The notes under the pieces: generated by a model
The model's database searches: none
Told to the model about the DNA's origin: nothing
The model's input: only the letters and a program-made list of their open reading frames with translations
Shown: piece after piece, positions 29,948 through 39,028 of the stretch
Numbering within the stretch: the stretch's first letter is position 1
How the letters are laid out: each line of letters begins with the position of its first letter
IMG/VR virus record: IMGVR_UViG_3300021093_000041
Span: 15,814 to 79,813 of that record
From: a virus
DNA: 64,000 nucleotides
Direction: 5' to 3' (one strand)
Made by a program: the position numbers and the translations under genes

Positions 29948-32425
29948 ATGAACGTAATCAAACGAAACGGTGATAAAGAAACTTTCAACGAAGAGAAAAT
30001 ATTGTCTGTTGTAACAAGATGCTGTGCTGATATACAGCATGTAGATGTTACACAGGTAATGTATAATGCAAAGATTAAACTATACGACGGTGTTCCAACT
30101 ACGGAAATAGACAAGGCTTTAATTAAGTCAGCAAGAGCTCTTATTGAAGAAGAGCCGAATTACACATATGTTGCAGCACGCCTTCTTCTTACAACTATAT
30201 ATAAGGAAGTTTTCGGTGAAAATACCGATAACGATCTGTTTGAACTTCAATACAGGAAAGCCTTTATTTCAAACATAAAGAACTTAATTGATGAGGGTAT
30301 TGTAAGTAAAGAACTTAAAAAGTTTAACCTTAAAAAGCTTTCAGAGTTTTTGTCTGTACCACATGATAATAATTTTGAGTACCTTGGTCTACAAACTGTA
30401 TACGATCGCTATCTTTATCACATCAAAGGTCGTCGGGTTGAAACACCTCAGGCATTTTGGATGCGGGTTGCAATGGGTTTAGCAATTAACGAAAAAGCTG
30501 AAGACCGTGATGAATGGGCTATTAAGTTCTATAATGTGTTGTGTACATTCAGCCTAATATCATCTACACCGACCTTATTCAATAGCGGTGGTGTACACAA
30601 TCAATTATCCTCATGTTTCTTGTCAACGTTTGAAGATAGTATAGATGGTATTTTCGATGGGTTACATCAAGAGGCTCTCAAGAGTAAATACGCTGGTGGT
30701 CTTGGTATGGATCTTACAGCATTCAGACCTCAAAATTGTTACATTAAAGGTACTAACGGTTACACCCAAGGAGCGGTATATTTCTGGAAAGTTTACAATG
30801 ACATGCTTGTTGCCGTAAATCAGGGTGGTAAACGTAAGGGTGCGGGTTGTGCTTATCTCGAATCATGGCATGGTGATGTAAATGATTTTCTCGAATTGAG
30901 AAAAAATACCGGTGATGAACGTAAGCGTACTCATGATATGAATACCGCTAACTGGATTCCTGATTTGTTTATTCAACAAGTTAATAAGGATGGTCCTTGG
31001 TATCTTTTTTCACCAGCTGAATGTCCAGAGTTGCATGAAACTTTCGGTGAAGAATTTGAAAAGATATATTGGAATTATGTCGATAAAGGTAAGGCTGGTA
31101 AGCTTAAATTTTTCAAAGAAATAAGTGCAAAAGATCTTTGGAAAAAGATGTTAAGAATGATTTACGAGACTGGCCACCCTTGGATAACATTTAAGGACCC
31201 TTCTAATATTCGTTATAGTAATCAACATGTAGGTGTAGTTCATTCAAGTAATCTTTGCACTGAAATACTTTTACATACCAAACCAACATCATACAAAGAT
31301 GATGGTACACGTAAGGTGAAGGAATACGGTGAAACCGCAGTATGTAATCTTGCAAGTATTAATCTAGCTAAGTTTGTTACACCTTCTGAAGGTATTAATT
31401 GGGAAGGTCTTGAAGATACTATACGTGTAGGAATGCGAATGCTTGATAATGTTATTGATATCAATTTTTATCCTACCGAAGAAGCACGTAAAAGCAATAT
31501 GAACCACAGACCCGTTGGGTTGGGTTCGATGGGTTGGCATGACCTATACCATGCATTAAATGTTGCTATGGATAGTGAACTTGCAGGTAGTCTTGCAAGT
31601 CAAATATACGAGTTTATTTCATTTAATGCAATTAAAGCAAGCAGTGAACTTGCTAAAGAACGCGGTACATATCCTTCATACGATGGGTCGCTTTGGACTA
31701 AAGGTAAATTACCGGTTGATACATATATTGAATTGATAAAGTATCGCACTGGTAAAACACTAAAGCGTGACAGTCTTGAAACACTTGATGACTGGGATAT
31801 ATTGCGTACACATATTAAGAAGCACGGTATGCGTAATAGCAATACCATGGCAATAGCACCTACTGCATCAATTAGTTCTATTACCGGTGCAAGTCAAAGT
31901 ATTGAACCATACTTTAGCAATATTTTTGTGTATAGTACTTTATCGGGTGATTTCACTATGGTAAATAAATGGTTTGTTGAAGATATGAGAAAGTATGGTT
32001 TATGGAATGAGTCTATGCTTTCTCACCTTAAGAATAATAATGGTGATATTCAAAACTTTAATTTTGAAGCTACTGGTAAAATTAAAGCAAATGAAATTGC
32101 AAATATTAAAGCAAAATATAAGACTGCATTCCAAGTAGATCAGTTTAAATTAATTGATAATGCTGCGTATAGGCAAATTTGGATTGATCAAGGTCAAAGC
32201 TTAAACCTCTACAACGATAAAACATCGTTGAAGCATTTAAATGACCTTTATATGCATGCATGGGGTTCATGTTTAAAAACAACGTATTACTTGCGAGGTA
32301 AAGGTGCAAGTGAAGTTGAGAAGAGCACTGTTTCTAAGAATGAAATCCAACAGGCTGAACCGGTGGAGGATAACGAACCTAAAATGTGCAAGATTAATGA
32401 TCCTAGTTGCATGAGCTGTCAATAA
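29948..32425 (+). CDS. nrdA: Class I ribonucleotide reductase alpha subunit with ATP cone
   Basis: VIKRNG ATP cone, STPTLFNSG, QLSSCF, SNLCTEI, CNLASINL, APTASIS, KTTYYLR, C-terminal CMSCQ. Confidence 0.97.
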   Translation: MNVIKRNGDKETFNEEKILSVVTRCCADIQHVDVTQVMYNAKIKLYDGVPTTEIDKALIKSARALIEEEPNYTYVAARLLLTTIYKEVFGENTDNDLFELQYRKAFISNIKNLIDEGIVSKELKKFNLKKLSEFLSVPHDNNFEYLGLQTVYDRYLYHIKGRRVETPQAFWMRVAMGLAINEKAEDRDEWAIKFYNVLCTFSLISSTPTLFNSGGVHNQLSSCFLSTFEDSIDGIFDGLHQEALKSKYAGGLGMDLTAFRPQNCYIKGTNGYTQGAVYFWKVYNDMLVAVNQGGKRKGAGCAYLESWHGDVNDFLELRKNTGDERKRTHDMNTANWIPDLFIQQVNKDGPWYLFSPAECPELHETFGEEFEKIYWNYVDKGKAGKLKFFKEISAKDLWKKMLRMIYETGHPWITFKDPSNIRYSNQHVGVVHSSNLCTEILLHTKPTSYKDDGTRKVKEYGETAVCNLASINLAKFVTPSEGINWEGLEDTIRVGMRMLDNVIDINFYPTEEARKSNMNHRPVGLGSMGWHDLYHALNVAMDSELAGSLASQIYEFISFNAIKASSELAKERGTYPSYDGSLWTKGKLPVDTYIELIKYRTGKTLKRDSLETLDDWDILRTHIKKHGMRNSNTMAIAPTASISSITGASQSIEPYFSNIFVYSTLSGDFTMVNKWFVEDMRKYGLWNESMLSHLKNNNGDIQNFNFEATGKIKANEIANIKAKYKTAFQVDQFKLIDNAAYRQIWIDQGQSLNLYNDKTSLKHLNDLYMHAWGSCLKTTYYLRGKGASEVEKSTVSKNEIQQAEPVEDNEPKMCKINDPSCMSCQ

Positions 32426-32427
32426 AT

Positions 32428-32664
32428 ATGATATTCAATCATGAGCTTGGAAAATTAACAGAAGATGAATTAGGTTTACTTCAATACATTATTACTAATA
32501 AAGGTAGTGATGAAAGTATGCTTAATATTATTAACTCTATTCGTAAAGAATATATAATTAATTATTTTGTTAGAAATAAGCAAACCTTCAATCAGAAAGG
32601 GTTGGAGGTTGCTCAATCTTTAATAACAAAATTAATTGGAGAACAAAAAAGTGCTGCACTGTAA
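32428..32664 (+). CDS. Hypothetical protein
   Basis: 78 aa ORF between nrdA and nrdB. Confidence 0.5.
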   Translation: MIFNHELGKLTEDELGLLQYIITNKGSDESMLNIINSIRKEYIINYFVRNKQTFNQKGLEVAQSLITKLIGEQKSAAL

Positions 32665-32749
32665 AACGTGTAGCTCCTGGTAAGAGCGTTAAGAAAAAAC
32701 TTGGTACTAAAACACAAGTATACTACACTATTGGCAATAAATTTTTCGT

Positions 32750-33745
32750 ATGAAGACAGGTACTATTATTTCAGCAAATCAAACAGGTGTTAATCAAATA
32801 TTACCCCATGTTAACAAGTGGGCTTGGGATCTTTATAAAACAGGTAAACGTAATAATTGGGACCCAGAAGAGATTGCAATGACTCGCGATATTCAAAATT
32901 GGAACAGCGGTGTTCTAACAGAGGATGAAAAACGTGTTGCAAAAAGAACACTTGGATTCTTTGCTGGTAGTGAGAGCCTTGTTGGTAATAATCTGGTGAC
33001 ATTATATCAATATGTAACTGACCCTGAATGTAGACAATATATGTCTAGACAGATATGGGAAGAATGTTTACATAATGATACAATTGTACATGTTTGCGAT
33101 TCCTTGTCATTAGATATAACCGAGGTATATCAAGCATATACCTCAATACCTTCTATTAAAGCAAAAGATGATTTCTTGATGAGTGTAACAACGGGTATAC
33201 TTAAAAATGTAGATGTAACCACCACAAGGGGTTTACAAGAAGTTGTTAGAGCAGCATTTCTTTATTGGATTGTATGTGAAGGTACATTCTTTTTCTCAGG
33301 ATTTGCAATGTTACTTGCAATGAAAGACAAGTTACCTGGTGTAGGTGAACAAATTGAATACACACTTCGTGATGAAAGTAACCATATTAAATTTGGTACA
33401 GCGGTAATAAACAAAATTAAAGAACAGAACCCTCAAATTTGGACTAAAGAGTTCGAAAATGAGTTGACTGAATACCTTAGAGAAGCAGTTGCACTTGAGA
33501 TCGCTTATGCGAACGATGTTCTCCAAGGTGGTATACTTGGTTTAAATTCAAGTATGTTTGTACAATATATGGAATACATTGGTAATAGAAGACTTGAAGG
33601 TGTAGGAATGTTATATAGATTTCCAAGTGATAAAAACCCGTTTAAATTCTTGAGTGAAGTTCAAGATCTTATTAAAGCTAAAAACTTTTTTGAAACTAGA
33701 GTGATAGAATATCAAAGTTCGGGTGCACTCAGTGATGATTTTTAA
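32750..33745 (+). CDS. nrdB: Ribonucleotide reductase beta subunit with class Ic (R2c) signatures
   Basis: WDPEEI, LGFFAGSESLVGNN, EECLHNDTI, EGTFFFSGF, RDESNH, NFFETRVIEYQ. Confidence 0.95.
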   Translation: MKTGTIISANQTGVNQILPHVNKWAWDLYKTGKRNNWDPEEIAMTRDIQNWNSGVLTEDEKRVAKRTLGFFAGSESLVGNNLVTLYQYVTDPECRQYMSRQIWEECLHNDTIVHVCDSLSLDITEVYQAYTSIPSIKAKDDFLMSVTTGILKNVDVTTTRGLQEVVRAAFLYWIVCEGTFFFSGFAMLLAMKDKLPGVGEQIEYTLRDESNHIKFGTAVINKIKEQNPQIWTKEFENELTEYLREAVALEIAYANDVLQGGILGLNSSMFVQYMEYIGNRRLEGVGMLYRFPSDKNPFKFLSEVQDLIKAKNFFETRVIEYQSSGALSDDF

Positions 33746-33746
33746 T

Positions 33747-34268
33747 ATGCATTTAGCTAAAATAGATAGAGCAGAAGTGATTAAGTTATTTAGCAACTAT
33801 CCAGAAGATAGTTTCGACCACACTTATATTTTTTATGATTGTATACCATACTACGATAAAAATAATTTTTGGTTAACATCACCTGCAGCACTGTTTGATA
33901 GTAATGCGAAAATAGGTGGTATTTGTTTTTATGTATATGATATGTATAAAGATTTAATATATCTTGACATAAAACGTATTTTAACAACTACAGATAATCG
34001 AGGTAAAGGTTACGGTACTGCATTACTTTCAAATATTAGAAAACATGCATTGGAAAATGATGTAAAGTATATTAGAATGTTTTGCGACCCCGATTCGATA
34101 GATTTTTATCGTAAAAATGGATATTATTTTCACGGTGAAACTGACGAAGGTTATGCATTTGTATTCCAACCTATAGCAGAGTTTGAACGTAGTGCAGAAA
34201 CTGTAGAGTTAGAGCAAGAGTTTATACATCATCAACTTAAAAAATATAATGGATGTATTTACCATTGA
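33747..34268 (+). CDS. GNAT acetyltransferase
   Basis: NRGKGYGTALL acetyl-CoA motif, SIDFYRKNGY. Confidence 0.8.
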   Translation: MHLAKIDRAEVIKLFSNYPEDSFDHTYIFYDCIPYYDKNNFWLTSPAALFDSNAKIGGICFYVYDMYKDLIYLDIKRILTTTDNRGKGYGTALLSNIRKHALENDVKYIRMFCDPDSIDFYRKNGYYFHGETDEGYAFVFQPIAEFERSAETVELEQEFIHHQLKKYNGCIYH

Positions 34269-34299
34269 TTTTTGATTGGTGTTATTATATTCTTAACGA

Positions 34300-34908
34300 A
34301 TGAAGACGCCGGTATTGGTAAAACCTACCGATGAGTTGGTTTTAATTTTAGACTATTGTTGGATGCCTTTACATATAACATCAGTACGTGAAGGTGTAAA
34401 AAAACTATTCACATTCGGTGGTAAACATAAAAAGAACCCTAAAGTTAGAGCGTTAAACAGAGTCGGTGAACCGGTCTGTTGGGAGGATTGGGTTAATTCA
34501 GGTGGTACACACTATTATGAAAACCAACCTTTTATTCGATCAATAAATCAGTTAATACCTGTACCTACAATATTATTAACTACGGCACATTTTTACCATC
34601 AAGCAAAGAAAATGCCTAAACTTTCTCTCCTTTATAAGAAATATAAAGGTATTTGTCAAATTTGCGGTTTACATAAACCGCAAGATATAATGACTCTTGA
34701 GCATATATACCCAAAATCTTTCGGTGGTACACTTGATTGGTTTAATATTACTTTAACGTGTCAACCCTGCAATACTAGAAAAGGTCAAATATACCCATAC
34801 CCAAACTATAAAGGTGAGGAACTTACTGGTACCACCTACGATAAATACGATAAATTACAATACAAAGTATTGAAAAGGGAAGAATGGAGACCATATATAT
34901 TTAGATAA
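34300..34908 (+). CDS. HNH endonuclease (McrA-like)
   Basis: CQICG, TLEHIYPKSFGG, WFNITLTCQPCNTRKG. Confidence 0.85.
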   Translation: MKTPVLVKPTDELVLILDYCWMPLHITSVREGVKKLFTFGGKHKKNPKVRALNRVGEPVCWEDWVNSGGTHYYENQPFIRSINQLIPVPTILLTTAHFYHQAKKMPKLSLLYKKYKGICQICGLHKPQDIMTLEHIYPKSFGGTLDWFNITLTCQPCNTRKGQIYPYPNYKGEELTGTTYDKYDKLQYKVLKREEWRPYIFR

Positions 34909-34909
34909 T

Positions 34910-35671
34910 ATGAAATTTTTTAAACAAATAGACTACAGTAGTATACTAGGTGATGAGCAATACTTTTTAGATTGTATTAAAAAGTATAAAGTGTTAGTCG
35001 TCAAAAGCTACATTTTTAATACGCCTATCACTGAATTTATAGAAAATTATATTAAAAAATTTGGTAAAATAGTAGACTCACAAGAAGATTTAAAAACCGG
35101 GGTAACTACAGGTGAACAACTAATGGAAATTAGCTTTGATCCAGAAGATCAAAAGCAATACCGTACTGCAAAGGCTAATCAACCCCTACATACAGATTAT
35201 AGTTATGTTAATGTTGATAATAATATTCAATTTTTAATGTGTGTAAAAAAAGCTCCAATAGGTGGTGCTACCACATTTATTGACACTCGTTTATTAGTAG
35301 AATTGTTACTAGCGGATAATGAAGAAGTTTTATTTAATGATTTGTTATCTATTCCAGTATTGCATGCTAAAGGTAATAGAGTTAAAAGACGGTGTATTTT
35401 AGAAAAAGTGACGGACGATTATAAAATTAATTGGAATTACCCCCCTGCTAAAAGAGCATTAAATACACATGCAGCTAAAGATTTAATTGAAAGATTTAAA
35501 AATTGGTTAGATAATCGTGTTGAAAAATCTGGATTAGTTCACAGCGTTTTACTTAAAAACAACGACACGGTCTTTTTTCATGATTATAGAGTATTACATG
35601 GCAGAAATTGTTATTTTGCCTCTAAAAAAGGTGACCGTTGTTTATTAAAAAGTACATTAATTATCGGATAA
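34910..35671 (+). CDS. TauD/TfdA-family Fe(II)/2-oxoglutarate dioxygenase
   Basis: PLHTDYS, GGATTFID, FFHDYRVLHGR. Confidence 0.82.
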   Translation: MKFFKQIDYSSILGDEQYFLDCIKKYKVLVVKSYIFNTPITEFIENYIKKFGKIVDSQEDLKTGVTTGEQLMEISFDPEDQKQYRTAKANQPLHTDYSYVNVDNNIQFLMCVKKAPIGGATTFIDTRLLVELLLADNEEVLFNDLLSIPVLHAKGNRVKRRCILEKVTDDYKINWNYPPAKRALNTHAAKDLIERFKNWLDNRVEKSGLVHSVLLKNNDTVFFHDYRVLHGRNCYFASKKGDRCLLKSTLIIG

Positions 35672-35713
35672 TTTTCCTATTGATTTATTTTTGGATTACT
35701 ATATAATAACATT

Positions 35714-35893
35714 ATGCAAAATAAGCTAACTAAGCAGCAAGCAGAAGCTAAGATATACGAACTCACTGAAGATCTTATTCGTATTCGTCAAGAAAAGAAA
35801 GATATGAACGCAGGGTATCGTGAAAAAATTAAAAGTATTGAAGATGAGATTCAATGTATTATTGATGATGTAAAAGAGAAAGAAAATCCTTAA
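35714..35893 (+). CDS. Small coiled-coil protein (59 aa, not in ORF track)
   Basis: MQNKLTKQQAEAKIYELTEDLIRIRQEKKDMNAGYREKIKSIEDEIQCIIDDVKEKENP*; TTGATT-16-TATAAT 6 nt upstream. Confidence 0.7.
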   Translation: MQNKLTKQQAEAKIYELTEDLIRIRQEKKDMNAGYREKIKSIEDEIQCIIDDVKEKENP

Positions 35894-35894
35894 T

Positions 35895-36074
35895 ATGAAA
35901 TATCAAGTTGTACTTGAGATTTTTACAGATGATACTGTTGATATAACAAAACGTGCAACTAAGAAAAAGATTGAAGAAGAGATATTAAATAAGTATACAT
36001 CCGGTAACTTGTTTAAACGGGTTAACGGGATAAATAGAATTAATCTTGCAGTGAAAGCTGCAGGTGTTGTTTGA
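35895..36074 (+). CDS. Small hypothetical protein (59 aa, not in ORF track)
   Basis: MKYQVVLEIFTDDTVDITKRATKKKIEEEILNKYTSGNLFKRVNGINRINLAVKAAGVV*, 1 nt after the previous stop. Confidence 0.6.
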   Translation: MKYQVVLEIFTDDTVDITKRATKKKIEEEILNKYTSGNLFKRVNGINRINLAVKAAGVV

Positions 36075-36077
36075 TAT

Positions 36078-36151
36078 TGAGACGTTGCATAATGGTAGTG
36101 CTTCTGACTTTGGATCAGACAGTGGTGGTTCGATTCCACCCGTCTCAGCCA
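36078..36151 (+). tRNA. tRNA-Gln(UUG)
   Basis: Acceptor TGAGACG/CGTCTCA, anticodon arm TCTGA-ctTTGga-TCAGA, GGTTCGATTCC, encoded CCA. Confidence 0.95.
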
Positions 36152-36211
36152 TTACCGAGAGTCGTGGTAAAATAATTCGATCGAAATTTGTCATGCAGAC
36201 TAAATATTTAC

Positions 36212-36694
36212 ATGACAAAAATAGAACTAAAATGTTCCATTTGTACCAAAATATCACATAAATGGCCGTATGAATATAGGGCTATAAAAAATACAGAACA
36301 TTATAAATGTAAAAAATGTAAACGAATTAATTACGAAACAAGACAGTGCCCGTCATGTTTGAAACAGTTTAATACCCCTTCAAAAAGTAAAAAGATTACT
36401 TGTTCGTATAAATGCTCTAACAAAATATTTAGAACCGGGCCCAATAATGGTAATTGGAAGCATGATGTATATAGAAGTACTTGTTTTTACTACCATAAAA
36501 AAGAATGTATTATTTGTAAAGAATGCAATATTGTAGCAGTTCACCATTACGATATGAATCATAATAATAACAACCCTTGCAATTTAATACCTTTATGCCC
36601 CACTCATCATCAATATATGCATAGTAAATTTCATATTGAAATAAAGGATCAAGTCGATAAATATATACGTAATTTTAAACTCGGGTTCGCCTAG
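36212..36694 (+). CDS. Zn-finger HNH endonuclease (free-standing homing endonuclease candidate)
   Basis: Several CxxC pairs, GPNNGNWK, VHHYDMNHNNNNPCNLIPLCPTHHQYMH; TAAATA 5 nt before ATG 36212. Confidence 0.82.
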   Translation: MTKIELKCSICTKISHKWPYEYRAIKNTEHYKCKKCKRINYETRQCPSCLKQFNTPSKSKKITCSYKCSNKIFRTGPNNGNWKHDVYRSTCFYYHKKECIICKECNIVAVHHYDMNHNNNNPCNLIPLCPTHHQYMHSKFHIEIKDQVDKYIRNFKLGFA

Positions 36695-36757
36695 CTTGGT
36701 ATGGCACCACATTTGGGATGTGGAATAACGTGAGTTCAAATCTCGCACCCGAGACCA
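36680..36757 (+). tRNA. tRNA-Pro(UGG)
   Basis: CTCGGGT/ACCCGAG acceptor, CCACA-ttTGGga-TGTGG, GTTCAAATC, CCA. Confidence 0.93.
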
Positions 36758-36785
36758 TTTTTGTTCTTTAAAAATTTGATCATTA

Positions 36786-36899
36786 GTGATATAGAATTGT
36801 AAAACACCTCCAGTCTGGGGGAGGAGAAGGCTGAAGTTGACGAGATAGACATATGGAACACAGTGAAATCCTCGTATATTCGCAGGCCGTGGTCATCCA
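36786..36899 (+). ncRNA. Candidate structured ncRNA or degenerate tRNA-like element
   Basis: GC-richer island between tRNAs with CCTCC/GGAGG and ACGAG/CTCGT stems, ending in CCA; no canonical T-arm. Confidence 0.4.
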
Positions 36900-36907
36900 A
36901 TTTAAAT

Positions 36908-36982
36908 GGGCTGGTAGTGATAATGGTAGCACGGGAGCTTTGCAAGCTTTAGGTAGGAGTTCGATTCTCCTCCGGTCCACCA
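36908..36982 (+). tRNA. tRNA-Ala(UGC)
   Basis: GGGCTGG/CCGGTCC with G3:U70, GGAGC-ttTGCaa-GCTTT, GTTCGATTC, CCA. Confidence 0.95.
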
Positions 36983-36988
36983 ATTGAA

Positions 36989-37063
36989 GCGGGTATGATG
37001 TAGTGGCTAGCCTGGAACCTTGCCAAGGTTTACGTGTCGGTTCGATTCCGACTACCCGCTCCA
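36989..37063 (+). tRNA. tRNA-Gly(GCC)
   Basis: GCGGGTA/TACCCGC, U73, GAACC-ttGCCaa-GGTTT, GGTTCGATTCC, CCA. Confidence 0.95.
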
Positions 37064-37078
37064 GTTCTTTTACATTAT

Positions 37079-37454
37079 GGGGATGTACTGGTTTCGATTT
37101 AATAGTTGATATAAACTAGGCATGTAGAGGATGATAGTTGGCCTCTTTAATCACCTGTCAAAAAAGTAACTACTGAAATAGTTGCCGAATACGACTATTC
37201 GTTTGAGGACGAAGAAGTCGCAATCGCAGCCTGAATCTGCGACATCTATTATATAGATACCTAATATATGTAATAGGTGTATATTATTAGGTTAGATTGT
37301 TATTATTATTGTATATAGCAATTAAAACTTACAATATAGATAATATACGGTTTGTTAATTCATAATATATTGTTTAAATTTAAAATTAACTAAGCATGTA
37401 GTCTGGTTATTGAACCTATTAAAGACAGGGGTTCAACTCCCCTCATCTCCACCA
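37079..37454 (+). ncRNA. ssrA: tmRNA
   Basis: 5' GGGGATGTACTGGTTTCGA, 3' GACAGGGGTTCAACTCCCCTCATCTCCACCA; GCATGTAG; ATAGTT-GCC resume context; tag AEYDYSFEDEEVAIAA* (37184-37234). Confidence 0.93.
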
Positions 37455-37459
37455 ATTTA

Positions 37460-37548
37460 GGGTAGATGGCTGAGTGGTTTAAGGCAATTGACTTGAAATC
37501 AATCGTAGTTAATAGCTACCGGGGGTTCAAATCCCTCTCTACCCGCCA
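37460..37548 (+). tRNA. tRNA-Ser(UGA)
   Basis: GGGTAGA/TCTACCC, ATTGA-ctTGAaa-TCAAT, long variable arm GTAGT/GCTAC, G73, CCA. Confidence 0.95.
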
Positions 37549-37553
37549 TTTTT

Positions 37554-38543
37554 ATGCGAAAGTTAGATGTTTATTTTAAAGATTGGCGACATATAAATAC
37601 CAATTATTATTTTTATAAGATATTTGAGTATTTAAAAAACACATTTACAGGTATTGAGATTAATCATATCGATATACCGTGTTACGGTGGTTTTGATTGT
37701 TTCAAAAAAATAGGACCTAATCTTTGTACAATAGAAAACCCTGAAAATGGTAAATATTCGATAATATCATTTGTAGATTCACCGTTTGTTTTGTTTGATA
37801 AACAGTTATGGCCTAATATCGAACAAATGCAGCAAATTTTTACATGTAATAATTTTACAGTAAAATCATATTATAATTGGCGTGATGTAATACCCGTTTT
37901 TTTAGAAAAAGTACATTATTTCGATAATATACAAGAAAAACTAGTACCTGTTTCGTTTCACCCTATTATTGAAACAAACGAAACAGGTGTCGAAAAAATG
38001 TATGAGTTGAGAAAAACTAAAACAACTTTTGGTGATAAAATTGTTTTTAGAGGTATAAAATCTATTCCATATAGAGAATTAGTGATGGATACTTTAAAAC
38101 ATCCAAATATTTTAGTTACATCCGATAAAGTACCAGAACAACAATTCTTAGAAGAACAATCAAATAATCTTTGCTCATTGTCAATGCCAGGTATAGGTGA
38201 TATGAGTTGTAGAGATATTGAATTAATGGGTATGGGTATTTGTATGTTTAGAACACCTTTCCATAGCAGTTTTGATGATCCACCTATTGAGGGTGTTCAT
38301 TATGTTAAGATATGTGACTGGGATTGGGAGTTTATTGATGCATCATATATAAAAGCAATTGATATTGAAAAACATAATGCAAATCTAATTGCTTTGCAAG
38401 AAGGTATAAAAGATAATATAGATAGATACAAACAAATAGGTGAAAATGCTAGACAATGGTATCTTAAAAATTGTACACGCAATTCACCTAACAGTACTCT
38501 CGAAATTTTTAAACGTAATTTTAAGTTAGATCTATTGTTCTAA
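37554..38543 (+). CDS. Putative GT-B-type glycosyltransferase
   Basis: IVFRG, SLSMPGIGDMSCRDIELMGMG, IEGVHYV, IGENARQWY resemble GT-B C-terminal motifs. Confidence 0.5.
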   Translation: MRKLDVYFKDWRHINTNYYFYKIFEYLKNTFTGIEINHIDIPCYGGFDCFKKIGPNLCTIENPENGKYSIISFVDSPFVLFDKQLWPNIEQMQQIFTCNNFTVKSYYNWRDVIPVFLEKVHYFDNIQEKLVPVSFHPIIETNETGVEKMYELRKTKTTFGDKIVFRGIKSIPYRELVMDTLKHPNILVTSDKVPEQQFLEEQSNNLCSLSMPGIGDMSCRDIELMGMGICMFRTPFHSSFDDPPIEGVHYVKICDWDWEFIDASYIKAIDIEKHNANLIALQEGIKDNIDRYKQIGENARQWYLKNCTRNSPNSTLEIFKRNFKLDLLF

Positions 38544-38587
38544 GCATTTTAATTGTATTCCTAATAGAAATCTTTATAATCTTACAT

Positions 38588-39016
38588 ATGCAAACATTTT
38601 TACCGTATGCAAGTTTCAGTGAGAGTGCTAAAGTTTTAGATCAAAAAAGATTAGGCAAACAACGAGTTGAAGTATTACAGTTATTAAATTCAATATCAAC
38701 AATTAAAAAAGGTTTACCTGTTAGAGGGTGGTCTAACCACCCTTGTCGAAAAATGTGGCAGAACTATAGTAATGCATTAGTTGAATATGGTTTGGCTATT
38801 TGCGATGAGTGGAAATCTAGAGGTTATAAAGACACCTGTTGGGATAAAATTAATAACCATCGTGATAACAATTCATCATATGATAAGCCTTCATTTATAG
38901 GTAATGAAGAGTTTCATCTAAGTCATAGAAGTATGCTTAAGCAGAAAAAACCAGATCATTACGAAAAAATCTGGCCTGAAGTACCAAACAACCTTGAATA
39001 TGTATGGCCTGTATAA
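38588..39016 (+). CDS. Pyrimidine-dimer DNA glycosylase-like protein (DenV-related, MSMEG_6728 family)
   Basis: MQTFLPY, LDQKRLGKQRVE, GWSNHP..KMW, EWKSRGYKDT, HLSHRSML, YVWP. Confidence 0.82.
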   Translation: MQTFLPYASFSESAKVLDQKRLGKQRVEVLQLLNSISTIKKGLPVRGWSNHPCRKMWQNYSNALVEYGLAICDEWKSRGYKDTCWDKINNHRDNNSSYDKPSFIGNEEFHLSHRSMLKQKKPDHYEKIWPEVPNNLEYVWPV

Positions 39017-39028
39017 TAAACATACTAT

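Noticed and set aside
36829-36875. CTGAAG...GAAA as a hammerhead ribozyme, or the hairpin as SRP RNA
   Set aside because: Core reads CTGAAGT not CTGANGA, stems do not fit the topology, and the SRP domain IV consensus is absent
35903-36983. ORFs 35903-36139(-), 35985-36257(-), 36064-36261(+), 36736-36945(-), 36783-36983(-)
   Set aside because: They overlap tRNA genes or better ORFs and are shadow frames
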